The notes under the pieces are model-generated. The model had not been told where the DNA came from, searched no databases, and worked only from the letters and a program-made list of their open reading frames with translations. Both the position numbers and the translations under genes were made by a program. 64,000 bases of DNA from Mobula hypostoma (Eukaryota): positions 180,112,001 to 180,176,000 of the forward strand of contig NC_086097.1 in NCBI RefSeq assembly GCF_963921235.1. Direction: 5' to 3'. This document shows, one piece after another, positions 25,896-38,439 of this stretch (positions are counted from its first letter, which is position 1; the number at the start of each line of letters is the position of its first letter).

Positions 25896-28800
25896 ATAGA
25901 AACATAGAAAATAGGTGCAGGAGTAGGCCATTCGGCCCTTCGAGCCTGCACCGCCATTCAGTATGATCATGGCTGATCATCCAGCTCAGAACCCTGTACC
26001 TGCCTTCTCTCCATACCCCCTCATCCCTTTAGACACAAGGGCCATATCTAACTTCCTCTTAAATATAGCCAATGAACTGTCCTCAACTGTTTCCTGTGGC
26101 AGAGAATTCCATAGATCCAGCACTCTCTGTGTGAAGAAGTTTTTCCTCATCTCGGTCCTAAAAGGCTTCCCCTTTATCCTTAAACTGTGACCCCTCGTTC
26201 TGGGCTTCCCCAACATTGGGAACAATCTTCCTGCATCTAGCCTGTTCAATCCTTTTAGGATTTTATACGTTTCAATAAGATCCCCCCTCAATCTTCTAAA
26301 TTCCAGCGAGTATAAGCCTAGTCGATCCAGTCTTTCATCATATGAAAGTCCTGCCATCCCAGGAATCAATCTGGTGAACCTTCTTTGTACTCCCTCTGTG
26401 GCAAGAATGTCTTTCCTCAGATTAGGGGACCAAAACTGCACACAATACTCCAGGTGTGGTCTCACCAAGGCCTTGTACAACTGCAGTACTACCTCCCTGC
26501 TCCTGTACTCGAATCCTCTTGCTATGAATGCCAACATACCATTCGCCTTTTTCACTGCCTGCTGTACCTGCATGCACACTTTCAATGACTGGTGTATAAT
26601 GACACCCAGGTCTCGTTGCACCTCCCCTTTTCCTAATCGGCCATCATTCAGATAGTAATCTGTTTTCCTGTTTTTGCCACCAAAGTGGAAAACTTCACAT
26701 TTATCCACAATAAATTGCATCTGCCATGAATTTGCCCACTCACCTAACCTATCCAAGTCACCCTGCATCCTTTTAGCATCCTCCTCCCAGCTAACACTGC
26801 TGCCCAGCTTCATGCCATCCTCAAATTTGGAGATGCTGCATTTAATTCCCTCATATAAGTCATTAATATATATTGTAAACAACTGGGGTACCAGCATTGA
26901 GCCTTGCAGTACCCCACTAGTCACTGCCTGCCATTCTGAAAAGGTCCCGTTTATTCCCCCTCTTTGCTACCTGTCTGCCAAACAATTCTCTATCCACATC
27001 AATACCATACCCCCAATAACGTGTGCTTTAAGCTTGCACACTAATCTCCTGTGTGGGACCTTGTCAAAAGCCTTTCGAAAATCAAAGTATACCACATCCA
27101 CTGGTTCTCCCCTATCCATTCCCCGAGTTACATCCTCAAAAAATTCTATGAGATTCGTCAGACATGATTTTCCTTTCACAAATCCATGCTGACTTTGTCT
27201 GATGATTTCACCGCTTTCCAAATGTGCTGTTATCTCATCTTTGATAACTGACTCTAGCATTTTCCCCACCACCGAAGTTAGGCTAACCGGTCTGTAATTC
27301 CCCGGTTTCTCTCTCCCTCCTTTTTTAAAAAGCGGGGTCACATTAGCCACCCTCCAATCCTCAGGAACTAGTCCAGAATCTAAAGACTTTGAAAAATTAT
27401 CACTAATGCATCCACTATTTCTTGGGCTACTTCCTTAAGCACCCTGGGATGCAGACCATCTGGCCCTGGGGATTTATCTGCCTTTAATCCCTTCAATTTA
27501 CCTAACACCACTTCCCTACTAACATGTATTTCCCTCAGTTCCTCCATCTCACTAGACCCTCAGTCCCCTAGTATTTCCGGAAGATTATTTATGTCCTCCT
27601 TAGTGAAGACAGAACAAAAGTAGTTATTCAATTGGTCTGCCATGTCCTTGTTCCCCATGATCAATTCACCTGTTTCTGACTGTAAGGGACCTACATTTGT
27701 CTTAACCAATCTTTTTCTTTTCACATATCTATAAAAGCTTTTACAATCAGTTTTTATGTTCCCTGCCAGTTTTCTCTCATAATCTTTTTCCCCATTCCTA
27801 ATTAAGCCCTTTGTCCTCCTCTGCTGGACTCTGAATTTCTCCCAGTCCTCAGGTGAGCCACTTTTTCTGGCTAATTTGTATGTTTCTTCTTTGGAATTGA
27901 TACTATCCCTAATTTCCCTTGTCAGCCATGGGTGCACTACCTTCCCTGGTTTATTCTTTTGCCAAACTGGGATGAACAATTGTTGTAGTTCATCCATGCG
28001 ATCTTTAAATGCTTGCCATTGCATATCCACCGTCAACCCTTTAAGTATCATTTGCCAGTCTATCTTAGTTAATTCACATCTCATACCTTCAAAGTTACCC
28101 TCCTTTAAGTTCAGAACCTTTGTTTCTGAATTAACTATGTCACTCTCCATCTTAATGAAGAATTCCACCATATTATGGTCACTCTTACCCAAGGGGCCTC
28201 GCACGACAAGATTGCTAAGTGACCCTTCCTCATTGCTCAATACCCAGTCTAGAATGGCCTGCTCTTTAGTTGGTTCCTCGACATGTTGGTTCAGAAAACC
28301 ATCCCGCATACATTCCAAGAAATCCTCTTCCTCAGCACCCTTACTAATTTGGTTCACCCAATCTATATGTAGATTGAAGTCACCCATTATAACTGCTGTT
28401 CCTTTATTGCACGCATTTCTAATTTCCTGTTTAATGCTATCCCCAACCTCACTACTAGTGTTAGGTGGCCTGTATACAACTCCCAGCAGCATTTTCTGCC
28501 CCTTAGTGTTATGCAGCTCTACCCATATCGATTCCACATCCTCCCGGCTAATGTCCTTCCTTTCTATTGCATTAATCTCCTCTCTAACCAGCAATGCTAC
28601 CCCACCTCCTTTGCTTTCATGTCTATCCCTCCTGAATATTGAGCTCCCATCCTTGGTCGCCCTGGAGCCATGTCTCTGTGATCCCAACTATATCATATTC
28701 ATTAATAACAATCTGCACTTTTAATTCATCCACCTTGTTACGAATGCTCCTTGCACTGACATACAAAGGCTTCAGGCTTGCTTTTACAACACTCTTAGCC

Positions 28801-29048
28801 CTTATACAATTATGTTGAAAAGTGGCCCTTTTTGATTTTTGCCCTGGATTTGCCGGCCTGCCACTTTTACTTTTCACCTTACTACTTTTTGCTTCTACCC
28901 TCATTTTACACCCCTCTGTCTCTCTGCACTTGTTCCCATCCCCCTGCCACATTAGTTTAAATCCTCCTGAACAACAGTAGCCAACGATCCCCCTAGGACA
29001 TTGGTTCCAGTCCAGCCCAGGTGCAGACTGTCCTGTTTCTACCGGGAC
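25896..29048 (-). mobile_element. CR1 LINE, 5'-truncated, near-complete ORF2 (APE + RT) with a few lesions
   Basis: ORFs 27560..28687 (GGGVALLV, MGDFN, GKSDHN), 26967..27350 (NYRPVSLTS, DFRKAFD) and 25986..26924 (RT C-terminus). Tail ctatgtttctat at ~25896. Confidence 0.93.
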
Positions 29049-29388
29049 CAGGAAAGAAGCAAGGATCAAAGTAGATCCAGAGAGAAAAACTGAGAAAAGG
29101 AGAAGAAAGGTGTCTAGAGGTGTCAGAACCACTTTCTGCAGTTTCAAGAGTCAATTCCTACAACCACCATGGAGGAGGTCCCAGAATCTGAGATTGGTTT
29201 CACAGCCACAAGTCTCACTTGTCAAGCAGAGTAATCCCCCTTGTCAAAAAAGAGATTATCCCACAAAAGTAAACAATCCTCCACAGTGATTAAATCTTTA
29301 GGCCTGCACGCTAGTTGTATTACATATAGTATAGGGATATAAGATGCATTCTATATTGAGTTGGAGTTTATAGCTAAGCAGAGAGGAG

Positions 29389-29590
29389 TGTTGTGTATTT
29401 AATATTTCAGTGATATTGTAAATATATTGTTTGATTAAACATTCTTTGTTGTTTGAATAATTCATTATTGTAATATGTACAGAGCAAGTGAATGGCATAC
29501 GTTATCATGCTACCACGATACATGTACACCTCACTTAAAGTAAAAACAAAACTGAGACATAATTGTAACTGAGAATTACAAAACATAATA
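29389..29590 (+). repeat. Probable 3' LTR of the Gypsy element
   Basis: Starts tgttgtgtatt after a purine tract, AT-rich, ends aaacataata (imperfect inverted terminus). Confidence 0.55.
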
Positions 29591-29599
29591 AGTTCCTCT

Positions 29600-30938
29600 A
29601 GCATTCCTCTAGACCGGTGGCATTGACCTCCCACATCATGAACACCCTGGAGAGACTTGTTCTGGAGCTGCTCCGGCCTATGGTCAGGCCACACTTGGAT
29701 TCCCTCCAGTTCGCCTACCAGCCCCGACTAGGAGTTGAGGATGCCATCGTCTACCTGCTGAACTGTGTCTACGCCCACCTGGACAAGCCAGCGAGCACTG
29801 TGAGGGGCATGTTTTTTGACTTCTCCAGTGTTTTCAACACCATCCGCCCTGCTCTGCTGGGGGAGAAGCTGACAGCGATGCAGGTGGATGCTCTCCTGGT
29901 GTCATGGATTCTTGATTACCTGACTGGCAGCCCACAGTACGTGTGCTTGCAACACTGTGTGTCCGACAGAGTGATCAGCAGCACTGGGGCTCCACGGGGG
30001 ACTGTCTTGTCTCCCTTTCTCTTCACCATTTACACCTCGGACTTCAACTACTGCACAGAGTCTTGTCATCTTCAGAAGTTTTCTGATGACTCTGCCATAG
30101 TTGGATGCATCAGCAAGGGAGATGAGGCTGAGTACAAGGCGACGGTAGGAAACTTTGTCACATGGTGTGAGCAGAATTATCTGCAGCTTAATGTGAAAAA
30201 GACTAAGGAGCTGGTGGTAGACCTGAGGAGGGCTAAGGCACCAGTGACCCCTGCTTCCATCCAGGGGGTTAGTGTGGACATGGTGGAGGATTACAAATAC
30301 CTGGGGATACGAATTGACAATAAACTGGGCTGGTCAAAGAACACTGGGGCTGTCTACAAGAAGGGTCAGAGCTGTCTCTATTTCCTGAAGAGACTGAGGT
30401 CCTTTATCATCTGTCGGACGATGCTGAGGATGTTCTATGAGTCTGTGGTGGCCAGTGCTATCATGTTTGCTGTTGTGTGCTGGGGCAGCAGGCTGAGGGT
30501 AGCAGACACCAACAGAATCAACAAACTCATTTGTAAGGCCAGTGATGTTGTGGGGATGGAACTGGACTCTCTGACGGTGGTGTCTGAAAAGAGGATACTG
30601 TCCAAGTTGCATGCCATCTTGGACAATGTCTCCCATCCACTACATAATGTACTGGTTGGGCACAGGAGTACATTCAGCCAGAGATTCATTCCACCGAGAT
30701 GCAACACTGGGCGTCATAGGAAGTCATTCCTGCCTGCAGCCATCAAACTTTACAACTCCTCCCTTGGAGGGTCAGACACCGAGCCAATAGGCTGGTCCTG
30801 GATTTATTTCCTGGCATAATTTACATATTACTATTTAATTATTTATGGTTTTATTACTATTTAATTACTTATGGTGCAACTGTAAAGAAAACCAATTTCC
30901 CTCGGGATCAATGAAGTATGACTATGACTATGACTATG
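29600..30938 (+). mobile_element. Rex1/Babar-like LINE, 5'-truncated, with an open 400-codon RT frame
   Basis: ORF 29617..30819 has LQFAY, FFDFSSVFNTI, GAPRGTVLSPFLF, KFSDD and LNVKKTKEL. (ATGACT)n tail at 30918-30938. Confidence 0.9.
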
Positions 30939-32242
30939 TTGTCAGTGTGTTGCTTAAGATTTTCAGCATTTGCAGAAGTTCTTTGAGTTTATCATTATGT
31001 TACCCATTCTAGATGAACTTTGCCAAGGTTCAATGTGGTGAGTTTCCCTCTGGGTCAGAGACTTGAGATCTTCCTTTGTAATTGGTGATCTCCAGTGTTA
31101 TTGCTATTGAGGTACCTTTTTATACATTTCTTTGTAAACATGTTGCTTTGATTTCATATCCTATGAAAAAGTTGATTCCTTTTCCAAATACTGTATGTAC
31201 TTATTTGAAACTTTCAATTGTTGCCACCAAGGTAGCCACCTGACCCGGGGTTATCAAAGTTCAGACTTGTACAGTACTGTCCCTGGTATGCAAGTACCTC
31301 GAGATGTCAGTGTCTCTCCATATCAGAAATAGTGGAGGTGGAGGTGGGAAGGGAACACAGCACTATAAAATTGTTTTGAGTGAACAATTACTGTTGCTAG
31401 GTTCCCACAATGACACTAACGTATTGGTCAAATAATTGTGTGACTTCAGTTCACATTGTTCCTTCAGCTTCATACTGACTAAATCTTTTTTGTTGTTTTC
31501 ATTTCCTCTATTTAACTCTTTCTGCTCTAGTTAAATCTCCCTCTAGTTAAACAACCACTTTCCTATAACAGGGTGAGCAAAACTGTACACAGTACAGTTG
31601 CTGCAGCCTCACCAATATCTTACATAACTACCCTGTTCCTATACCTAGTGGCCTGACTAATGGAGGCCAGCATGCCAAATGATTTCATCACTATCTTATC
31701 TATTGGTGATGTCATTTTCCGTGAACACTGGCACTCCAAGGTCCTTCTGTTATATCAAGGCGCTCCCATACACTGTGCAAGTCCAACCCCGGTTTGATCT
31801 CTCAAAATATAATACCTAATATTTATCTGGATTGAAAGCCATCTGTTAATTTTCAGCCCACATACCTAGCTGATCAAGATCCTGCAAATGTTCATAACCT
31901 TTTCACTGTCTAAAGCGACACCTATTTTAGTACTTTTTATCAAAGGCAGTAATTCTCAATTAAATATATCAAAAGTCATATGAGATATGGTACATTTTAG
32001 ACTTACATATACCACAAATTGCCCACTTGTAAATGTATTGTTTAGAGGAGGTAACTGATAGATGCATGACTAAGAAATAAAAAGTTGCCAAGACTAACAC
32101 ATGGGTTATGAATATTCAAACTGGATTTTGATCAAATACTTTTCAAATACAAAAGAAGATCATTAGAAGGATGGAATGACAATGTCTTGGCTAAATGGTG
32201 ATTTACATTTAGGTGGTGCAGGAACCTGAATTTCAAATAAGT

Positions 32243-35200
32243 TCCTGCTTAGCTACAAACTCCAGCTCAGTTCAGAATGCATCTCAACTATATACACAGT
32301 ATATCATATAATGCAACTACTATATACAGACATCTACAGCATAGTAAATATTAAATTGATCCATACAGGCCTAAAGATTCGATCACTGTGGAGGATTTCT
32401 TACTCTTGTGGGATAATGTCTTTCCTGATATATTCAATCCCTCTCTTTGACAGATGAGACATGTGGCTGTGGAACAATCTCAGGTTCTGGGGCCTCCTCC
32501 ATGGTGGTTGTAAGAGCTGACTCTGAGACTGCAGGAAATGGTTCTGAGAGCAGTAGCCAACTTTCTTCTCCAACAATTGACTCTGCTCTCCTCAACTAAT
32601 TGATGTGTTAGCTCCAGATAATATCAGGTGCAATCTCCACTGTGTAGGAGAGTGGTCCAGCTCTGTCCTTAATTTTTCCGAGTACTCACTTTTGATCAAC
32701 TCTATAGTCCCTCACCAGGTTTGCTTGTCCAGGAGTGAAACATCGAACCTCCTTGTTTGAGTCAATTTGTCTCAGCTGTTTGTTATGCATACTCCTTCTG
32801 AGATTGGGTTTGAGGAGATTCAAACGTGACTGTAAGAGATGATCTAGAAACAGCATAGCTGGTGAGTTGTTGGTTATGGAGTGTGTTGCATCATGATATG
32901 CAAGGAGGAAATTGGCAAGCTACTGGTTCAGTGTAGTGTAGTGTGTTCTGCTGACATTGATCACAGTGCCTCCTTTAGACTCTGGATAACCCTTTCTGCC
33001 AAGCCATTTGTAGCTGGGTAATATGGTGAAGATGTAATTTGTCTTATTCCATTCATTTTTAGGAATGACTGGAACCTTTCCATCTCAAACTGTGGTCCAT
33101 TGTCACTGACTAAATGTTCTAGAACACCAGTCCTTGTGAAAAGGCTTCTCAATAAATCAAAAGTGTGCAAGGTTGCGGTGGAGCTACTTTGTAACTGCAT
33201 CCACTACTACCAAAAAATTTCTGCCCATGAATGGTCCAGCAAAATGGGCATGAATCCTCTGGCAGGGCAATGCAGGCCATTCCCAATGATTGAGAGGCAC
33301 TGCTCTTGGCATCTTCTGGATTTGGTGACATCTCATACAGTGCGTGGCAAGCTGCTCAATCTGCTGATCTATCCCAGGCCACCAGACCAAGCTTTGAGCC
33401 AACACTTCCATTTTAACCACATCTAGATGACCAGCATGTAGCTCCTCCAACACTTTAGTTTGGATGGTACAGTTCTCCATCTCTACATAAGGCAACCTCC
33501 ATCAAGGACAAGTTCATCTTGGCACTTGTAAAAGTGGGGGAACTGGAACTTCTGCTGCACGTCCCAGCCATTTTGGGTGGCCATGTAGACCTGAGACAGT
33601 GTGGGGTCTTTTCTGGTTTTCCTTTGAAACATCTCTAGAGATGTTTCAAAGGAAAATAGAGAGACTTCCGATTTGCATTAGAGAGAATACATCAAGAGGA
33701 GTGTCTTTTTTTGTAATTTTTTCTGATATTTCCTTTTCCATCAGCATTTCCATGATTAGTCATCCTCTTGAATTCAATCTTATCATTGTGTCATCCAAGA
33801 AACAGAGCTCATCTCTGCACTTGTGCTGCTGTTGTTAATGGAATACCCTTATGCGGACTGAAAATGGACAGTGGTTGATGATCAGTAACGAGGGTAAACA
33901 CTCTCAAATACAGGTACTGGTTGAAATGTTTTACATCCCAAACCAGACTCAAGGCCTCTGTCACTCTGTGCATCATTTTTCTCTGCAGCAGTAAGGGAAT
34001 GTGATGCAAACCTCAAGACAAGGCAACACAGGCAAGCTTCACTGGACAATGTGGATCGTAATGCGTGAGTACAGTGTCTGATATCACCATTTCCTTTACC
34101 TTTTTAAATCTTTTTAAAGATGGCACTGGTGCACATTGGCGACTCTCTTGCTAAGTATGCCCGCAGAAAAAGAATCTCAGGATTGTTTGTGGTGACATGT
34201 ATGTACTCTGATAATAAATTTTACTTTCAACTTTTTGAAAGCCATCTCACACTCGTTTGTCCATTGTCATTTCTTCTCAATCAGCAGTAACGAGTTCAAG
34301 GGGTGGAACACAGTGGCCACGTTTGGCAGTTATAGTAATTAACAAATGCTAAAAAAGATCGCAACTGTGGTATGTCCTTTGGCCTTGTGGCATCCACCAC
34401 TGCCTGAATTTTCTCAGCACACTTGTGTAATCCTCGTGCATCAATGGTGTGACCATAGTAAGTGATGTTTGGTTTAAAGAATTAACACTAGTAGTGTCAT
34501 GTTTTGAACTCATAATCTTCTAATCTGTTTAACACTATTTTGAAATTTTGAAGATGTTCCTGTCATCTTTACCAGTAACAATGATGCCATCGAGGTAACA
34601 CTGAGTGCCTGGGCAGCCCTCCAGAGTGCAGGTAGAGATGCTACTCCAAAAATAAGCCTATTACAGCGACAAAACCCTTTGTGAGGGTTTATGGTGAGGA
34701 ACATTTTGGACTCTTTTTCCATCTCCATCTGTAGGAAGGCCTCAGCTAAGTCCACTTTGCTGAAGTGTTTTCCTCCAGAATCAGAATCAGGTTTATTTAT
34801 CACCGAACAACACACATAAAAGTTGCTGGTGAATGCAGCAGGCCAGGCAGCATCTATAGGAAGAGGTATAGTCAACATTTCGGGCTGAGATCCTTTGAAA
34901 CGTCGACTGTACCTCTTCCTATAGATGCTGCCTGGCCTGCTGTGTTCACCAGCAACTTTTATGCGTGTTGCTTGAAATTCCAGCATCTGCAGATTTCTTC
35001 GTGTTTGTGTTATTATCACTGACATGTGATGTGAAATTTGTTAACTTAGCAGCAGCAGTTCAATGCAATACATAATCTAGCCGAGAGAGAGAAAAAAATA
35101 ATAAATAAAATAAAACATAATAAACAAGTAAATCAATTATGTATATTGAATAGATTTTTTAAATGTGCAAAAACAGACATACTGTATATTAAAAAAAGTG

Positions 35201-35580
35201 AGGTAGTGTCCAAAGCTTCAATGTTCATTCAGGAATCAGATGACAGAGGGGAAGAAGCTGTTCCTGAATTTTATATCCAGAAAGGTTTGCAAGGATATCG
35301 TCTATCGTGGGCAGAGGGTATTGATCTTTTTTCAGTACTGGGTTGATGTACTGTGATGTACTGATGTACCTTAAAATCACCACAAATCCTGACAGACCCA
35401 TACTTCTTGACTACTTTGGAAACCTTGGAAAGAAATCCTTCAGCCTTCATGCGATCTAGTTCACTGGCTACTTTATCACAGATAATACAAAAAATCAGAT
35501 AGCTTTGCAAAACTTGGGTGTGGGATTTTCATTTAGCATTATTTTACCCTTGATATGTTTGGATTTTCCAATCTCATTCT
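32243..35580 (-). mobile_element. Degenerate Gypsy pol (RT, RNase H, integrase) and 3' UTR, same family as 24870-29590
   Basis: VRICGDFKV, FSKVDLAEAFLQ, LVTDHQPL, LHAGH...WWPGID...CMRC, LVSDNGPQF...PATNGLAER. 32243-32570 is the reverse-complement homolog of 29100-29388. Confidence 0.87.
34808..35005. repeat. Penelope-derived inverted repeat (74-bp arms, 15-nt spacer)
   Basis: 34808-34881 is the reverse complement of 34897-34970 with 6 transition mismatches. The sequence matches the Penelope-like tail at 46968-47041. Confidence 0.85.
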
Positions 35581-35605
35581 CATCATCAATGTTATGTTTT
35601 GTCAT

Positions 35606-36406
35606 TGTGACAGGACTCTCAATTACCCCTGTTAACTGTGCTTTTGAAAAGAGAGAGAGAGAGAGAGAGAGAGTTATTTAACACTGACTTGTTTGTAAAA
35701 GAGAAAGAGAGACGAAGACTAACTGTTGGACTGTCACTTTAAGGCACTGGAAGTAACTTTGGATTTCTACTGAGTTGGAGTTGGAGACAGCAACGAGCAG
35801 CTCGTAAGTTGCTATGGTGACCGAAGGCAGTGTTATTTAATGGACACTCGATGTTATGATTTTTGGCAGGTTGTTGATACTTTCTTCATGGATTTTTGCC
35901 TGCTTGCATTTCTTTCACAGAGAGAGGAAGGAGTCATTTGAATGAAAGGTGGTACCCAGTACGGTGAGATAAATAGAAGGCCAGATAATACAGACCTCAG
36001 ACACATGTTTGGACACTGAATGAGCATTGTTGAGCCCGCAGAAAAAGTGGGTTTTGGAGGATCAATCAGGCGGATCGATCTATCGCTCTTGCAGTGGAAA
36101 GGGGAAAAGGGTTGACCGGTGGGGAGTTGTCCATGTGTCCACCCTCGCCTGGGGGATAGCTCCACCACAGAAAACTGGTCCCCTTTGTTAAAATCACAGT
36201 CGGTAACTTTGAAAGGATTTCGAAGGACAACGAGAAGATCGACGGCGTCAGCTCACCTGAAGACTCAAATCTCTCCCTCTCTCTCTCTCCATCACTACTT
36301 AACTCAATACCACAAACTGTTAAGTTTATTAGTTTATAGCAATACTGGACTCCAAAGTGTTTTCCATCTCTGCTGATTCTTTATTCCCGTCACAGGGTTC
36401 ATGACA
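35606..36406. mobile_element. Second solo LTR of the 1402-2360 family
   Basis: Colinear similarity throughout and TG...CA termini. Expanded (GA)n at ~35650-35672 and a deletion near the right end. No TSD (gtcat/aatat). Confidence 0.85.
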
Positions 36407-36594
36407 AATATCAAAACATTAAACGAGTTCAAAGGCAAACATGGGAATCTGAAAATGCGGGACTAACTTTGTGTTTACTTTAAGCAAGTTGGAAGCATGA
36501 TGATGTATGTATGTATTTATATGATAATCAAACAATATATTTCAAGATTATTCAAAGATTACTGGAATATTAAATACACTATATTGATTATTTT

Positions 36595-37350
36595 GTAAAA
36601 TGAACAGAGCAATGGCAGATGGAATTTAATTTTAATAAGTACAAAGTGACATACTTTATGAGGATTAAAAAGGTAAGACATACACAAGAAATGGAAGGTC
36701 CTGATGGAATATCAGGGAATGGGAACTCGAGTGAATGAGTCCAAGGATCCCTGAAAGTTGCAGCACCAATAGACAAAGTAGTGGAGAAGACATTTGGAAT
36801 ACTTGGCTTCAATACTGTGTGTGTAGAATATAAGAATGGTGAGTATATGGTACAACTTGGAAAAACATTGATCAGGCTACAGCTGGAGCACTGTGTGCAG
36901 TTCTTGTAGCCACACTTAGGGAGAATGTGATTAAACTGGAGAAAGTGCAGAGCACAATTATCAAGATATTGTGTGGGATGGAGTGTTTCACTTACAGTAT
37001 GATGGACTGGAGGAACCACTTCTTCTTATAGGAATTGAGGGGGAAAATTGATGGAGCTGTACAAACCAATGGGAGACATAGGAAGATAGTAGGAAACTTT
37101 TCTGATTGCACAGGTATCTAAAATAGAAGGCATAAATCTAGGGTAGGGGAGGAGATTTCAAGAGGATCTGAGGAAGAATTTTTTCTCTCATGTGTGGGTT
37201 AGAATATGGGGTGCACTGCCTGACGGGGTGGCGGAGGCAGAGAGTCTTACAACATTTCATCAGTCAGGGCATTGAGTATAGGAGTAGGGACATAACCTTG
37301 CAGTTGTACAAGTAGATGGAGTACTGTGTACAGTTTTAGTCACCATAAGA
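36595..37350 (+). mobile_element. Old degenerate CR1 ORF2 3' fragments
   Basis: WQMEFN...LIRLQLEHCVQF-like remnants with many frameshifts. Confidence 0.65.
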
Positions 37351-38034
37351 ATCAGAATCAGGTTTATTATCATTGATATAAGTGGTGAAACTTGTTGTTT
37401 TGTGGCAGCAGTACAGTGTTACAATATAAGTAAATAAATAAATAGTGCAAAAGTGGATAGCAAGTTAGTGTTCATGAGTTCATGGACCGTTCAGAAATCT
37501 GATGGCAGAAGGGAGAAGCTGTTCCTAAAACATTGAGTGTGAGTCTTCAAATTCCTGATGAAGCTGGCTAAGTCTTCAACCCTCTGAAGTCTCTTATGAT
37601 CCTATGCATTGGCACCTTCATACCAGATGGTGATACAACCAGTCAGAAGGCTCTCCATAGTACATCTGTAGAAATTTGCTTGGTGACAGCTCAATTTCCT
37701 AATAAAATATGCCACTAGCATGCCTTTGTTGTGATTACATCAACATGTTAGGCTCAGGATAGATCTGAGATGTAAATGCAGAGGAGCTGGAAATCGAATA
37801 CCCTTTCCACCACTAACCCCTCAATGAGATTTGGAGAATTGGTGTACGTTCACCCAACTTCCCTTCCTGAAGTCTACAGTCAATTCTTTGGTCTTGCTGA
37901 TGTTGAGTGCATAGTTGTTATTGCAACATCATTGAACCAGACTTTCTCATTCTCCTTGACACCATCTTGTCAAATTTATAAATGATATTTGGAGGGGGAG
38001 TAAGAAAAAATATATTTATACATATATAAATAAT

Positions 38035-38275
38035 GCCATTCCATCATGGCTGATTTATTATCCCTCTCAACACCATTCTCTGCCTTCTCCCAGCAACCTC
38101 TGATTCCCTGATTAATCAAGAACCTATCAACCTCCACCTTAAATATATCGATTGAGTTGGCCTGCACAGCCATCTGTGACAATGAATTCCACCGATTAAG
38201 AACCCTCTGGCTAAAGAAAATTTTCCTCACCTCTGTTCTAAATGGACGTCCCTGAATTTTGAGGCTGTGCCCTGA
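38035..38275 (-). mobile_element. CR1 3' fragment
   Basis: GHSLKIQGRPFRTEVRKIFFSQRVLNRWNSL in ORF 37976..38353(-). Confidence 0.8.
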
Positions 38276-38439
38276 TAGCAATTTGGTCCTAGAAATTTTA
38301 GAGGAAACTTCAGCAAAACCAGGGCTGTTGCTAATTTCCAGTGAATGAGTCACACGGGCAGTTCTAAAACTATTTACCTCTTTAGATCAAGGTGGATGCT
38401 AGATGTGATTGACAGAGGAATACCCTAATACATCCTCTC

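Larger units (their letters stand above)
24870..29590 (+). mobile_element. Degenerate Gypsy element: gag, protease, 3' UTR, PPT and 3' LTR; RT/RH/INT absent, with a CR1 in their place
   Basis: gag LISLTAPNKPA...AYVAELKKLS, knuckle CRKCNRVGHIRRAC (~25499-25540), protease KMELDTG (~25751-25771). The 3' region resumes at ~29050, with PPT-like gagaggag before the TG at 29389. Confidence 0.8.

Noticed and set aside
27876..28724. 282-aa plus-strand ORF, and similar ones at 26674-27192 and 3170-3745
   Set aside because: These are antisense shadows of retroelement coding frames with no independent signal.
29617..30819. 400-aa RT ORF as a domesticated gene
   Set aside because: It is 5'-truncated, lacks an ATG start or promoter, and keeps the LINE microsatellite tail, consistent with a recent insertion.
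9300..38300. Exons of an upstream neighbour gene such as ANKRD29
   Set aside because: I could not recognise any ankyrin or other host coding exon. Small exons cannot be excluded without a homology search.
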